From positions 1 to 50,705 of the forward strand of contig JAVBPN010000223.1 of assembly GCA_031549585.1 (NCBI GenBank): DNA of 50,705 nucleotides, given 5' to 3'. Under the pieces are notes generated by a model. That model was given only the letters and a program-made list of their open reading frames with translations. It was not told the origin of the DNA and ran no database searches. Source of the DNA: Bacteroidales bacterium (GTDB taxonomy: Bacteria; Bacteroidota; Bacteroidia; Bacteroidales; UBA4181). The position numbers and the translations under genes are program-made. Below, piece after piece: positions 19,003-28,929 of this stretch; position 1 is the stretch's first letter; each line of letters begins with the position of its first letter.

Positions 19003-21390
19003 TTATTCTGTTTTAATGCTCTTCACTGGATTGGACACAGCCGCTTTGAGCGCTTGAAATCCAACCGTAAACAAGGTTAATATCACAACAACAATAGCAG
19101 CTACGGCAAACATCCACCATCCAAGTGATATACGATAGGCAAAACTTTCCAGATAGCGGCTACCTACCCACCACGCCACAGGAACAGCGATCAGTAATGA
19201 AATACCCAATAGTTTGACATAGCTATGGGTAAACAAATTAACAATATGAGGTACACTGGCACCCATTACTTTTCGGATACCAATTTCTTTGGTACGTTGC
19301 TCAGCCATGAAAGCCGTCAATCCAAATACACCAAGGCAAGCTACTATGATCGCCAATATTGAGAAACAAATAGCTACACGGCTGGTGCGTCGTTCTGCGT
19401 CATAAGCATTTTGCACCTGCACATCCAGAAAATTGACTTCAAACAATTCGTTGGGAAAATATTTCTTGAATACCTCTTCATACGCTTTGAGCTGAGCCGA
19501 CATGTCTCCTTCTTTCACACGCAACAACAGAAAAGGTTTCGTTTCTTGCAAGCGGTTATTAAACGCAACCGGAATAATGGGGCGATGCAAACTTTCAAAG
19601 TTGAAGTTTTCAACAACACCGCAAACACGCATGTGTTCTTTCCATCCAAGGCTGAACATCACGTCTTTGCCTATTATTTCTTCCGGAGTCATTTCCAAAT
19701 ATTCTACCGCTTTCCGGTTGAGTACGACTTGAACGATTGAATCCCCAGGAACTTGTTCGGTCATAGGTTTTCCTGCTATAAACTTCAATTCCAATAATTC
19801 TGTCAAATGGAAATCACCAGAAACACACCAAAGACTGGTGCCAACATGGTCATCTGCATTCTTTTGAAGTAAAACCAGACTGCCACCACCTTGTGCCGGA
19901 AAAGATTGAGAACGGGCAGTCATCAAAACCGAACTTTGTGACCGGTATTCATTTTCCAGACTTTCATAATTCATGCCTCCTGCAGGAATGACAACGCTAA
20001 TCAAATGATTCGGGTTATATCCAATATCTTTATTATTAACATATCGTATCTGGGATTGAATCACGATCACCCATACGATCAAAATGATAGCCACAGCAAA
20101 TTGGCCCACGGTTAATATTTTCCGAACAACAGCATGGCTTCCGGTTCCGGAAAATTTGCTTTGACGAATAGCCAACAATGGCGGAAAACTTGACAAATAA
20201 ATAGCCGGATATGACGCTGCAATGATTGTGGTTGCTAACCATATCAATATCGTTCCACACAAAAATGAAGGCGTAAATACCAAATCAAAGCTGAGTTTTT
20301 CACCCAACAAATTGTTAAAAACAGATAGTAAAGCCAATGATAATAAAAAAGCAATAACAAAAGAAATCAATGTGAGTAAACCGGTTTCGACATATAACCG
20401 TGCAATTAACCCTCCACGTTTGGCTCCTAGTGTCTTGCTTACACCTATTTCCTTACAGCGTTTCTGTGCACGGGCAGTCGACAAATTCATATAATTGATA
20501 CAAGCGACCAGCAAAATGATCACGGCCAACAATGACAACATTTCTACTTTCCCAATATCACTTGGTGCATAAGTATATGTGTTCAGAAATTTTGAAGAAT
20601 GCAAATGAATGTCGTCCAACTGTTGTAAATATGGTATAAAGAAACGATTTTCCTCACTCACCGCATTTTCCAATATTTTTTGTATTTGGCTTTCCACTGA
20701 GGCGGTATTTGCTTGGTTATTTAACAGACAGAAGGTTTCAAGTACAATATTTCCCCAATTGCTACGGTTCAGCCATGAAACATGAGAAGATTTGAAATGG
20801 CCGATCATTTGATATGTAGCAAAAGAAGTATTTTCGGGGAAATCTTGATACACCGCACTTACCTCCATTTCTGTCTGGTTGTCAACCAATATCATTTCTC
20901 CTACCGGATTTAGATCTCCAAAAAGTTTTTGTGCTGTTTTTTCTGATATAGCCACAGTATTAGGCCGAGATATCGCTTCCCCGATTGAACCTTGTATAAA
21001 CGGCGTATCAAACAATTCAAAGAAACCGTCATCTGCCCAACAGAATTTATCAATTTTAAAAGGCTGGTTATTGACCTTCACCACATAAGTCTGTACGTAA
21101 GTTCTCACAACTGTTTTTGCCTCTGGTATGGCTTCTTGCACGGCAGGCCCTAATGCATTGGGTACAGAACAAAATGTTTCCCCAGGCATCACTCTTGTGA
21201 GTAATGCGTTGATCCGGTAAATATGTTTGTGTTCTTTGAATCGCTTATCAAACGAACTTTCGTTATACACCAAGAGGCAAATCAACAACACAACTGCCAA
21301 TCCAATAGCAAGGCTTAGAATATTAATGACGGGAAATACACCCCGTTTTGTAAGATTTCGCCATGAGATGTTGAGGAAGAATTTGTACAT
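19003..21390 (-). CDS. ABC-transporter permease, double FtsX / MacB-like (subfamily I)
   Basis: 795 aa. A close paralogue of 16524..18917, with the same N-terminus, FtsX loops and C-terminus. Confidence 0.9.
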   Translation of the reverse strand: MYKFFLNISWRNLTKRGVFPVINILSLAIGLAVVLLICLLVYNESSFDKRFKEHKHIYRINALLTRVMPGETFCSVPNALGPAVQEAIPEAKTVVRTYVQTYVVKVNNQPFKIDKFCWADDGFFELFDTPFIQGSIGEAISRPNTVAISEKTAQKLFGDLNPVGEMILVDNQTEMEVSAVYQDFPENTSFATYQMIGHFKSSHVSWLNRSNWGNIVLETFCLLNNQANTASVESQIQKILENAVSEENRFFIPYLQQLDDIHLHSSKFLNTYTYAPSDIGKVEMLSLLAVIILLVACINYMNLSTARAQKRCKEIGVSKTLGAKRGGLIARLYVETGLLTLISFVIAFLLSLALLSVFNNLLGEKLSFDLVFTPSFLCGTILIWLATTIIAASYPAIYLSSFPPLLAIRQSKFSGTGSHAVVRKILTVGQFAVAIILIVWVIVIQSQIRYVNNKDIGYNPNHLISVVIPAGGMNYESLENEYRSQSSVLMTARSQSFPAQGGGSLVLLQKNADDHVGTSLWCVSGDFHLTELLELKFIAGKPMTEQVPGDSIVQVVLNRKAVEYLEMTPEEIIGKDVMFSLGWKEHMRVCGVVENFNFESLHRPIIPVAFNNRLQETKPFLLLRVKEGDMSAQLKAYEEVFKKYFPNELFEVNFLDVQVQNAYDAERRTSRVAICFSILAIIVACLGVFGLTAFMAEQRTKEIGIRKVMGASVPHIVNLFTHSYVKLLGISLLIAVPVAWWVGSRYLESFAYRISLGWWMFAVAAIVVVILTLFTVGFQALKAAVSNPVKSIKTE

Positions 21391-21421
21391 AGTATATTGA
21401 TTTAAGGTTCAAGATTCAAAG

Positions 21422-21475
21422 TTTAAAGTTTCAGCTACTAACCTGAAATCTTAAATTTGAAACTTTAAATTATTT
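21422..21475. repeat. AT-rich palindromic intergenic repeat (second copy)
   Basis: Same 54-nt sequence as 18949-19002. Stem halves are 21422-21432 and 21459-21469. A related GAAAYYTTAAATTT x2 motif is at 16495-16522. Confidence 0.85.
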
Positions 21476-23853
21476 TATTCAGTTTTAATGCTCTTCACAG
21501 GATTAACTGTTGCTGCCCTAACGGCCTTCCAACCAACTGTTAACAAGGTTAAAAGTATGGTTATCAACCCCGCAACAGCAAACATCCACCAACTGATACT
21601 GATGTGATAAGCATAGTCCTGCAACATCTTTTCCAGCCAATAATAGGTCAATGGGAAAGCGATAAACATTGCAATGCACACCAGGAGAAGGAACTCTTTC
21701 AAGAGCATTTGTACAATGCCGGAGACACTGGCGCCAAGTACTTTGCGAATACCGATTTCCTTAGTTTTGGTTTCGGCAGTGTAGGTTACTAACCCGAAGA
21801 GGCCAAGACAGGATATCATAATGGCGATAAACGCAAAGATATACAGCAATTTGCCTAACCTGATATCCGTTTGGTATAGGCGCTCGAAATTGTCATCGAG
21901 AAATGAATAGCTAAAGCGTTGGTCCGGACAGTATTCTTTCCACAATTTTTCAACGGATGCCAATGTGCTTTTGGTCCCTTGAGTGGTTGTTTTAACATAA
22001 AAAAAGTTCTGGTAATTTTTGGTACAAAATAAAATCAAAGGTGAAACGGGTTGGTTCAAACTTTCAAAATTGAAGTCTTTGAAGATTCCGGAAACAGTAT
22101 AGGTCTTATTGCCTTGATGGATGATTTGGTGCAAAGGATCTTGCAACTGCATCTCCCGCACGGCTGTTTCATTCAAAAGACAGTATTCTTCACTGACAGT
22201 TTCCGGAGACATTTGTCCTTCAACTAATTGAATATTCATCAATTGCAAAAAGTCGAAATCGACAGTTCCGATGCCAAACTTAAGTGTCTTTTCTTTGCCC
22301 TGCCATGAAATTCCATAGTCAAAATTATAACCGAGCATATTATCGAGGCTTGCCGTGGCCATTCCGGCTACATCTGGATTTTTTTGCAATTCACCCCGTA
22401 CGGCATCCATATGCTTATTCATACCCCATGCCGAAAAACAAATGATATTTTCCTTATCATATCCCAAATCTTTTTTCCGGATGAAATTCATTTGTAAGGT
22501 GATGATCAGCGTGGATACAATCAGGGCTACTGAACAGACAAACTGAAGGACGACCAACACCCTCCGAAAAGAACTATGCGTGTTTTTGCTTTTTGCATAT
22601 TCCGATGAATCAAATGACGCAAGGTAAAACGAGGGATAAATCCCGGCAAGACCTAATACACTAATGATGGCAATTCCGTATATGGTAAGTACATGAAAGG
22701 AAAAGAGGTAGAATTCCATGTTTTTCCCCGCAATATGATTGTAGGCGGGCATTAACAGGTAGATCAGCGCAGTAGCCAAAACGATTGCTATCAATAGTAT
22801 GACACAAGTTTCCAGCATGGACTGCCCGACAATATCTTTCCATTTGGCGCCCAAAAATTTGCGGACCCCCATTTCTTTAGCTCGCTTTCCTGTATGGGCT
22901 GTGACTAAGTTCACATAATTGATACATGCAATCACCAGAATAAGGCCGGCAATAATTGCAAATAGGCGAACTTTTACCATTTCTCCAGGGCTTCCGTCTG
23001 CATTGTATAAATGTTGCGCAGTTATTTGCTGTAAGGGGAATTTCATGGATGGTACTTCTGATAAACCAAAAAGACTTGCATAGGGCGTCATCCCGCGAAT
23101 TACTATATCTTTCAATTTTGTTTCCACCTTCTGTAGGTTACCTTCCGGATAAAGTTCAAGGTATGTAAAATAATTAAAGCCCATTAAATCTTCATCAGGC
23201 CCTTTAAAACTGAAAGGTTCAGGAGAAACATATGTCTGTTTCATCAAACTAAAAGGAACAAGATAGTCATGCTGAAGAGAGGAATTTTCAGGCATATCTT
23301 TCATGATTCCCGTAACATAGAAATACTCATCACCCCAACTGGTTTTGATTGCTTTTCCCATGGGATTTTCATCTCCAAATATTGACCTGGCTGTTGATTC
23401 GGAAAGAATAATGGAAAAATCACCAGTAAACGGTTTTTGAGCATCTCCTTCTAATAAAGGAAAAGAGAACATGCTAAAAAAACTGCTATCTACTGCAGCG
23501 CCCCGGGTCGTGTTGTTATCATTGAGCAGCTGCCGGCCATTATAGTTGAAGTAACTAAATGAGAACCATTTATAAATACGACAAGCCTCCTTTATTTCAG
23601 GAATTTCCGCTTTTGCATAAACAGATAACCCTGCCGGAGTAGAATTAAAGAAATTCTCATTGTTGATGGAAGCATTTATCAAATAAATATTTTCTTTATT
23701 GCTGTGAAAACGGTCATAGCTCAATTCATCGTATACCCATAGGATAATCAGAATACAAGTTACCAGGCTCACCGTTAAACCGGTAATATTGATAACCGAA
23801 TACATGCCATTACGACGAAGGTTACGGAAAGCTATTTTTAAGTGATAGAGCAT
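21475..23853 (-). CDS. ABC-transporter permease, double FtsX / MacB-like (subfamily II)
   Basis: The listed ORF (to 23898) starts at an ATG inside the repeat arm (MSYGL...). ATG at 23853 gives MLYHLKIAFRNLRRNGMYSVINITGL, which aligns with the N-termini of the paralogues at 46616 and 44036. FtsX loops: KRAKEMGVRKFLGAK and ETKTKEIGIRKVLGAS. Confidence 0.88.
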   Translation of the reverse strand: MLYHLKIAFRNLRRNGMYSVINITGLTVSLVTCILIILWVYDELSYDRFHSNKENIYLINASINNENFFNSTPAGLSVYAKAEIPEIKEACRIYKWFSFSYFNYNGRQLLNDNNTTRGAAVDSSFFSMFSFPLLEGDAQKPFTGDFSIILSESTARSIFGDENPMGKAIKTSWGDEYFYVTGIMKDMPENSSLQHDYLVPFSLMKQTYVSPEPFSFKGPDEDLMGFNYFTYLELYPEGNLQKVETKLKDIVIRGMTPYASLFGLSEVPSMKFPLQQITAQHLYNADGSPGEMVKVRLFAIIAGLILVIACINYVNLVTAHTGKRAKEMGVRKFLGAKWKDIVGQSMLETCVILLIAIVLATALIYLLMPAYNHIAGKNMEFYLFSFHVLTIYGIAIISVLGLAGIYPSFYLASFDSSEYAKSKNTHSSFRRVLVVLQFVCSVALIVSTLIITLQMNFIRKKDLGYDKENIICFSAWGMNKHMDAVRGELQKNPDVAGMATASLDNMLGYNFDYGISWQGKEKTLKFGIGTVDFDFLQLMNIQLVEGQMSPETVSEEYCLLNETAVREMQLQDPLHQIIHQGNKTYTVSGIFKDFNFESLNQPVSPLILFCTKNYQNFFYVKTTTQGTKSTLASVEKLWKEYCPDQRFSYSFLDDNFERLYQTDIRLGKLLYIFAFIAIMISCLGLFGLVTYTAETKTKEIGIRKVLGASVSGIVQMLLKEFLLLVCIAMFIAFPLTYYWLEKMLQDYAYHISISWWMFAVAGLITILLTLLTVGWKAVRAATVNPVKSIKTE

Positions 23854-23885
23854 ATCGTTCGATTTTTTAAATGAGAGATGAAAGA

Positions 23886-24053
23886 GACCGTAAGACATGT
23901 AAGATGGTAAGACCGTAAGAGGTTGGGATGCTAACGGGGTCTACTATATATTTTGGTTGATTCAACATATGATCTATGATTGTATTTATTTGGCAAAAGG
24001 CAAATTCTTTCATTTTCTTACGGTCTTACGTGTCTTGCGATCTTACGGTCTTC
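23886..24053. repeat. Inverted-repeat intergenic cassette, copy A (L arm 23886-23922, core, R arm 24017-24053)
   Basis: L arm is GACCGTAAGACATGTAAGATGGTAAGACCGTAAGAGG. R arm is CTTACGGTCTTACGTGTCTTGCGATCTTACGGTCTTC. The R arm ends 2 nt before the stop of 24056..26407. The L arm lies 33 nt from the start of 21475..23853. Confidence 0.95.
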
Positions 24054-24055
24054 TT

Positions 24056-26407
24056 TTATTCCGTTTTAATACTATTCACCGGATTGGCTGTTGCCGCTTT
24101 GATTGCTTGGAAACCAACCGTCAATAAAGCAATTAATACGCTCACAAAGCCAACCAATACAAATATCCACCATGGCATATTGGTACGATATGAATAATTG
24201 CTTAACCATTGACTCATTGCCCACCATGCAATGGGAGCAGCAATGACAAAGGAAATCAATACCAATATCAAAAATTCTTTGGATAGTAATATCGTAATAT
24301 TTGGTACAGACGCCCCAAGCACTTTGCGGATTCCAATTTCTTTTTTGCGGGTTTCAGCCATATAGGAAACCAATGCAAACAATCCCAGGCAGGAAATAAA
24401 AATGGTAAAACCTGCAAACCATCCTGCCAAAGCGCTCGTTCTTTGTTCATTTGCAAATTTACGGGCATACGCTTCATCAATAAACTTGTATTCAAACGGA
24501 TAAGCCGGAGTGTATTCTTTAAAAACCTGCTCTATTGTAGCCAGGTTATCTGCTATTGAGCGTTTCTCATTTAATTTTATGTGCATCACATCAAAAAAAC
24601 CTGCAGGGCCACCGATTATCATAGGCGCAGTAGATTCATAGGGCGATCTGAGGATAAAATCCTTGAAAACCCCTACCACGTGCCAATTTGTGCCTTGAGT
24701 ATTGACGATCTCGCCAACAGGATGATCAAAATTCATGATTTTTACAGCCGTTTCACTCAATAGCATCGCTGTAGAATCTGTAGAATAGGTATGGATATCG
24801 ATATCTCGCCCATCGATCATAGTCGCGCCTACTGTTTGTACCCAATTATCATCTGTAAAAAATATTTCAAAGGTTGTCTTTTCATCCGGATTTTTCCCTT
24901 TCCAATTAACACTCCAGGTACTATTCCATCCCTCCGACATGGGCGAACTATTTTTGGTCACAGATGTGGCAGCCCCCGAATTCAATAAATCCTGCCTAAC
25001 TAATTCATAGTTCTTTCTTAAGTCGGCATTCAACATATGATAAACCAACAAATCCTTGTTGTAACCGGATTCTCTATTCTGTGCATACATGATTTGTCGA
25101 TGGACAATAAGGGTGGCAATGATCAGGAAACAAGCAACAGAAAATTGTACCACCACCAGGATCTTCCGGGGAGCCACCAATGCCCGTTCTTTTCTGAACA
25201 TCCCTTTCAATACCTTGATGGGTAAAAATGATGATAGATAAAAAGCCGGATAACTTCCCGCCAGCAAACCGGTAAAAAGGATAAAAACCAACCATGCCAA
25301 CCAAAACCAACCACTGGTCAAATCCAAGGTCATGGTGGTACCCATCAATATCTCAAAAACAGGTAAAGCCAGTAACACCAAGGCGAGGGCTAATATGCCG
25401 GCTATAAAAGCCGTAATTACTGATTCGCCCAAAAATTGCCCGACCAATGACGACCGCTTGCTTCCCATCACTTTACGAACCCCCACTTCCTTAGCTCGTT
25501 TTTCACTACGCGCAGTGCTCAGGTTCATGAAATTGATACAAGCAACCAGTAAGATCAAAATGGCAATCACGCCAAATAAACGCAAGGTATCGATTAATCC
25601 ACCGACCGGAACTCCATTCTCAAATTTGGTATACAAATGATATTTATTCAAGGGATACAGGAAAACTTCGGTCTGCACCTCATTATTGGTATGCTCTTTC
25701 ACAATATTCCGGATGGCTTGATTCGTTGCATCCAAACTAGCCATCGGTTGAAGCTCCACATAGGTTTGCAATGAATTACCACGCCAATTTTCCTTATACT
25801 GGCCCCTTACTTTTATAAAAGAAACAGGTACCAATATTTCAAAACGAAATGCCGTATTGCTGGGTAGGTCTTTCATAACACCGGTCACAGTCAACGGATA
25901 CTCGTTGTCAATCAATACCGTTTTTCCCATAGGATCTTCGCCACCGAACAATCGTTCTACTATTTTTTCGGTCAGAATAACCGAATAAGGATCATTCAAT
26001 GCCGTTTCCTTATTCCCTTGCAACAATGGAAAATCAAACATGGTCAAAAAATCAGGATCGGTAATACCTGTCGCGAGATTTAGTTTTTTATCTTCATTGG
26101 TATATAGCATTGTATGATACCGCATCCTTGCTGTCGCCGCAATATCCGGATAATCTGTTTTTAATGTTGGCCCCAGGGGACTGGATGTCCAATCCCAGCA
26201 TTGTAAGGAGCCATCCAATTCGGCTCGATTCCATACCGAGTATAATAACTTTTCTTTGGCATGAAAACGATCATACGACCATTCATGATAAATCCAAACA
26301 AACATCAGCATAGCGACTGCCATACCAATAGCTAACCCGGCAATATTGACAGAAGAGTAAAATTTGTTGTGCTTTAAACTCCGAAAGGTGGTACGAATAA
26401 GATTCAT
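24056..26407 (-). CDS. ABC-transporter permease, double FtsX / MacB-like (subfamily III)
   Basis: 783 aa with an ATG start. The N-terminus is MNLIRTTFRSLKHNKFYSSVNIAGLAIGMAVAMLMFVWIYHEWSYDRFH. FtsX loops: NLSTARSEKRAKEVGVRKVMGSKR and ETRKKEIGIRKVLGAS. Confidence 0.9.
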   Translation of the reverse strand: MNLIRTTFRSLKHNKFYSSVNIAGLAIGMAVAMLMFVWIYHEWSYDRFHAKEKLLYSVWNRAELDGSLQCWDWTSSPLGPTLKTDYPDIAATARMRYHTMLYTNEDKKLNLATGITDPDFLTMFDFPLLQGNKETALNDPYSVILTEKIVERLFGGEDPMGKTVLIDNEYPLTVTGVMKDLPSNTAFRFEILVPVSFIKVRGQYKENWRGNSLQTYVELQPMASLDATNQAIRNIVKEHTNNEVQTEVFLYPLNKYHLYTKFENGVPVGGLIDTLRLFGVIAILILLVACINFMNLSTARSEKRAKEVGVRKVMGSKRSSLVGQFLGESVITAFIAGILALALVLLALPVFEILMGTTMTLDLTSGWFWLAWLVFILFTGLLAGSYPAFYLSSFLPIKVLKGMFRKERALVAPRKILVVVQFSVACFLIIATLIVHRQIMYAQNRESGYNKDLLVYHMLNADLRKNYELVRQDLLNSGAATSVTKNSSPMSEGWNSTWSVNWKGKNPDEKTTFEIFFTDDNWVQTVGATMIDGRDIDIHTYSTDSTAMLLSETAVKIMNFDHPVGEIVNTQGTNWHVVGVFKDFILRSPYESTAPMIIGGPAGFFDVMHIKLNEKRSIADNLATIEQVFKEYTPAYPFEYKFIDEAYARKFANEQRTSALAGWFAGFTIFISCLGLFALVSYMAETRKKEIGIRKVLGASVPNITILLSKEFLILVLISFVIAAPIAWWAMSQWLSNYSYRTNMPWWIFVLVGFVSVLIALLTVGFQAIKAATANPVNSIKTE

Positions 26408-26527
26408 AACTTTTTTATTTAGCTAACTTTTAATAACAGATGGTGTAACAAAGAACGATGAATTATGAGTGATGAGTTTTTGAAAAACTCATCGTTCTTC
26501 TTTTATATCTCATCACTCTTTCATGTT

Positions 26528-28876
26528 TTATTCCGTTTTAATACTGTTCACAGGATTGGCTGTTGCTGCCTTGATAGCTTGAAAACCGACTGTAAACAAG
26601 GCTATCACCAAACTTATGAAACCAACCAATACAAATATCCACCAAGGCACATTGGTATGATATGAATAATTATTCAACCATTGATTCATTGCCCACCATG
26701 CAATGGGAGCAGCAATAGCAAAAGAAATCAATACCAATATCAAAAATTCCTTGGATAGTAATGTGGTGATACTTTGTACCGACGCTCCAAGTACCTTGCG
26801 GATGCCAATTTCTTTTTTACGGGTTTCAGCCATGTAGGAAACCAATGCAAATAACCCCAAACATGAAATAAATATGGTGAGGCCTGCAAACCATCCTGCC
26901 AAAGCGCTCGTTCTTTGTTCGTTTGCAAATTTACGGGCATACGCTTCATCAATAAACTTGTATTCAAACGGATAAGCCGGATTGTACTTTTTAAAGACCT
27001 GCTCTACCATGGCCAGGTTATCTGCTATTGAGCGGGTTCCATTCAATTTAATATGTACCACATCAAAAAAACCTGCGGGACCACCAATCATCATAGGTGT
27101 AACGGATTCGTAGGGCGACCTGAGAATAAAATCCTTGAAAACACCAACCACATGCCAATCCTTGCCTTGGGTATTGATAATTTCTCCAATGGGATGCTCT
27201 AAGTTCATCGCTTTTACAGCCGTTTCGTTGAGCAACATAGCAGTAGAATCTGTCGAATAGGTATGGATATCTATATCCCGCCCATCGATCATAGTCGTGC
27301 CTACTGTTTGTACCCAATCATCGTCAGTAAAAAATATTTCAAAGATTGTCTTTGCATCCGGATTTTTCCCTTTCCAATTAACTCCCCAGGTACTATTCCA
27401 GCCCTCTGACATAGGGGAACTATTCTTTGTCACAGATAATACAGCTCCCGAATTTAATAAATCTTGCCTAACCAATTCATAGTTCTTTTTTAATTCGGTA
27501 CCCAACATATGATAAATCAACAAGTCCTTGTTGTAACCAGACTCTCTGTTCTGTCCATACTTGATCTGGCGATGGACAATAAGGGTAGCAATGATCAGGA
27601 AACAAGCAACGGAAAACTGAACCACAACCAATATCTTTCGAGGCGATACCAATGCCTGCCCCGCTCTAAATATACCTTTCAATACCTTGATGGGTAAAAA
27701 TGATGATAAATAAAAAGCCGGGTAGCTTCCCGCCAGCAAACCAGTAAAAAGGATAAAAGCCGACCATGCCAACCAAAACCAACCACTGGTCAAATCCAAG
27801 GTCATGGTGGTACCCATCAAGGTTTCAAAAACAGGCAAAGCCAGTAACACCAAAGCAAGGGCTAGTATGCCAGCTATAAAAGCCGTAATCACCGATTCTC
27901 CCAAAAATTGCCCGACCAATGATGACCGTTTGCCTCCCATCACTTTTCGAACCCCTACTTCTTTGGCTCGTTTTTCGCTACGCGCAGTACTCAGGTTCAT
28001 GAAATTGATACAGGCAACCAGTAAAATCAAGGTGGCAATCAGGCCAAATAAACGCAAAGTATCGATTAACCCTCCCACGGGTATTCCATTCTCAAATTTG
28101 GTATACAAATGATATTTGTTCAAGGGATACAGGAAAGCTTCGACCGGATCATTATTGTTATGCTCTTTTACAATATCCCGGATAGCCTGATTCGTTGCAT
28201 CCAGACTAGCCATCGGTTGAAGCTCCACATAGGTCTGCAATACATTGCTACCCCAATGATCGGGATACGGACCCATTATTTTCTGCAAAGAAAAAGGCAC
28301 CAGTACTTCAAAGCGAAATGTCGTATTGCTGGGTAAATCTTTCATCACGCCAGTCACAGTTACGGGATATTTATTGTCAATCAATACCGTTTTTCCCATA
28401 GGATTTTCGCCATCGAACAATCGTCCCACTATTTTTTCAGTCAGAATAACCGAATAAGGATCTTTCAACGCCGTTTCCTTATCTCCTTGCAGCAATGGGA
28501 AATCAAACATGGTCAAGAAATCAGGATCGGTAATACCTGTTGCCAGATTCAGTTTTTTATCTTCATTGGTATATAACATCGTATTATCCCGCATTCTTGT
28601 TGTTGCCACAATATCCGGATAATCTGCTTTTAAAGTTGGCGCCATGGGAATAGGCGTCCAATTCCAGCATCTTAAAGAGCCGTCCAATTCGGAACGATTC
28701 CAGACCGTATACAATTGCTTCTCTTTGGTATGAAAACGGTCATATGACCATTCATGATAAATCCAAACAAACATCAGCATAGCGACTGCCATACCAATAG
28801 CTAACCCGGCAATATTGACAGAAGAGTAAAATTTGTTGTGCTTTAAACTCCGAAAAGTGGTTTTAATAAGATTCAT
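26528..28876 (-). CDS. ABC-transporter permease, double FtsX / MacB-like (subfamily III)
   Basis: The listed ORF (to 28975) reads through the repeat arm. ATG at 28876 gives MNLIKTTFRSLKHNKFYS, aligned with 24056..26407. It is that gene's closest paralogue. Confidence 0.9.
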   Translation of the reverse strand: MNLIKTTFRSLKHNKFYSSVNIAGLAIGMAVAMLMFVWIYHEWSYDRFHTKEKQLYTVWNRSELDGSLRCWNWTPIPMAPTLKADYPDIVATTRMRDNTMLYTNEDKKLNLATGITDPDFLTMFDFPLLQGDKETALKDPYSVILTEKIVGRLFDGENPMGKTVLIDNKYPVTVTGVMKDLPSNTTFRFEVLVPFSLQKIMGPYPDHWGSNVLQTYVELQPMASLDATNQAIRDIVKEHNNNDPVEAFLYPLNKYHLYTKFENGIPVGGLIDTLRLFGLIATLILLVACINFMNLSTARSEKRAKEVGVRKVMGGKRSSLVGQFLGESVITAFIAGILALALVLLALPVFETLMGTTMTLDLTSGWFWLAWSAFILFTGLLAGSYPAFYLSSFLPIKVLKGIFRAGQALVSPRKILVVVQFSVACFLIIATLIVHRQIKYGQNRESGYNKDLLIYHMLGTELKKNYELVRQDLLNSGAVLSVTKNSSPMSEGWNSTWGVNWKGKNPDAKTIFEIFFTDDDWVQTVGTTMIDGRDIDIHTYSTDSTAMLLNETAVKAMNLEHPIGEIINTQGKDWHVVGVFKDFILRSPYESVTPMMIGGPAGFFDVVHIKLNGTRSIADNLAMVEQVFKKYNPAYPFEYKFIDEAYARKFANEQRTSALAGWFAGLTIFISCLGLFALVSYMAETRKKEIGIRKVLGASVQSITTLLSKEFLILVLISFAIAAPIAWWAMNQWLNNYSYHTNVPWWIFVLVGFISLVIALFTVGFQAIKAATANPVNSIKTE

Positions 28877-28929
28877 GACTTTTTTATTTACTTGACTTTG
28901 TATAAAAACAATGAGTGATCTTTTAGATA

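Noticed and set aside
23854-23898. N-terminal extensions MSYGL…, MPQPLTVLPSYMSYGL… and MRDLLRSYHLTCL… on the permease ORFs at 21475, 26528 and 44036. Also the separate ORF 36594..36782.
   Set aside because: The extra ATG is created by the repeat arm itself (…GACCGTAAGACAT read on the minus strand). Internal ATGs at 23853, 28876 and 46408 give N-termini that align with the other paralogues.
23886-24053. The cassette as a classical MITE with target-site duplications.
   Set aside because: I could not find consistent direct duplications flanking the arms. The right flank is always the permease stop codon and C-terminal codons, and the left flank is a conserved leader. A mobile origin is not excluded, only unsupported.
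23976-24197. A family of plus-strand small ORFs spanning the R arms and permease 3' ends (23976..24197, 41297..41524, 43899..44090, 46551..46751, 49267..49464). They share the peptide FLTVLRVLRSYGL…FTGL…
   Set aside because: Their similarity is explained by translating the conserved R arm and the antisense of the conserved permease C-terminus. Start positions and start codons are inconsistent between copies. In copies B, D, G and H the conserved core ATG runs into a stop after 5-6 codons.
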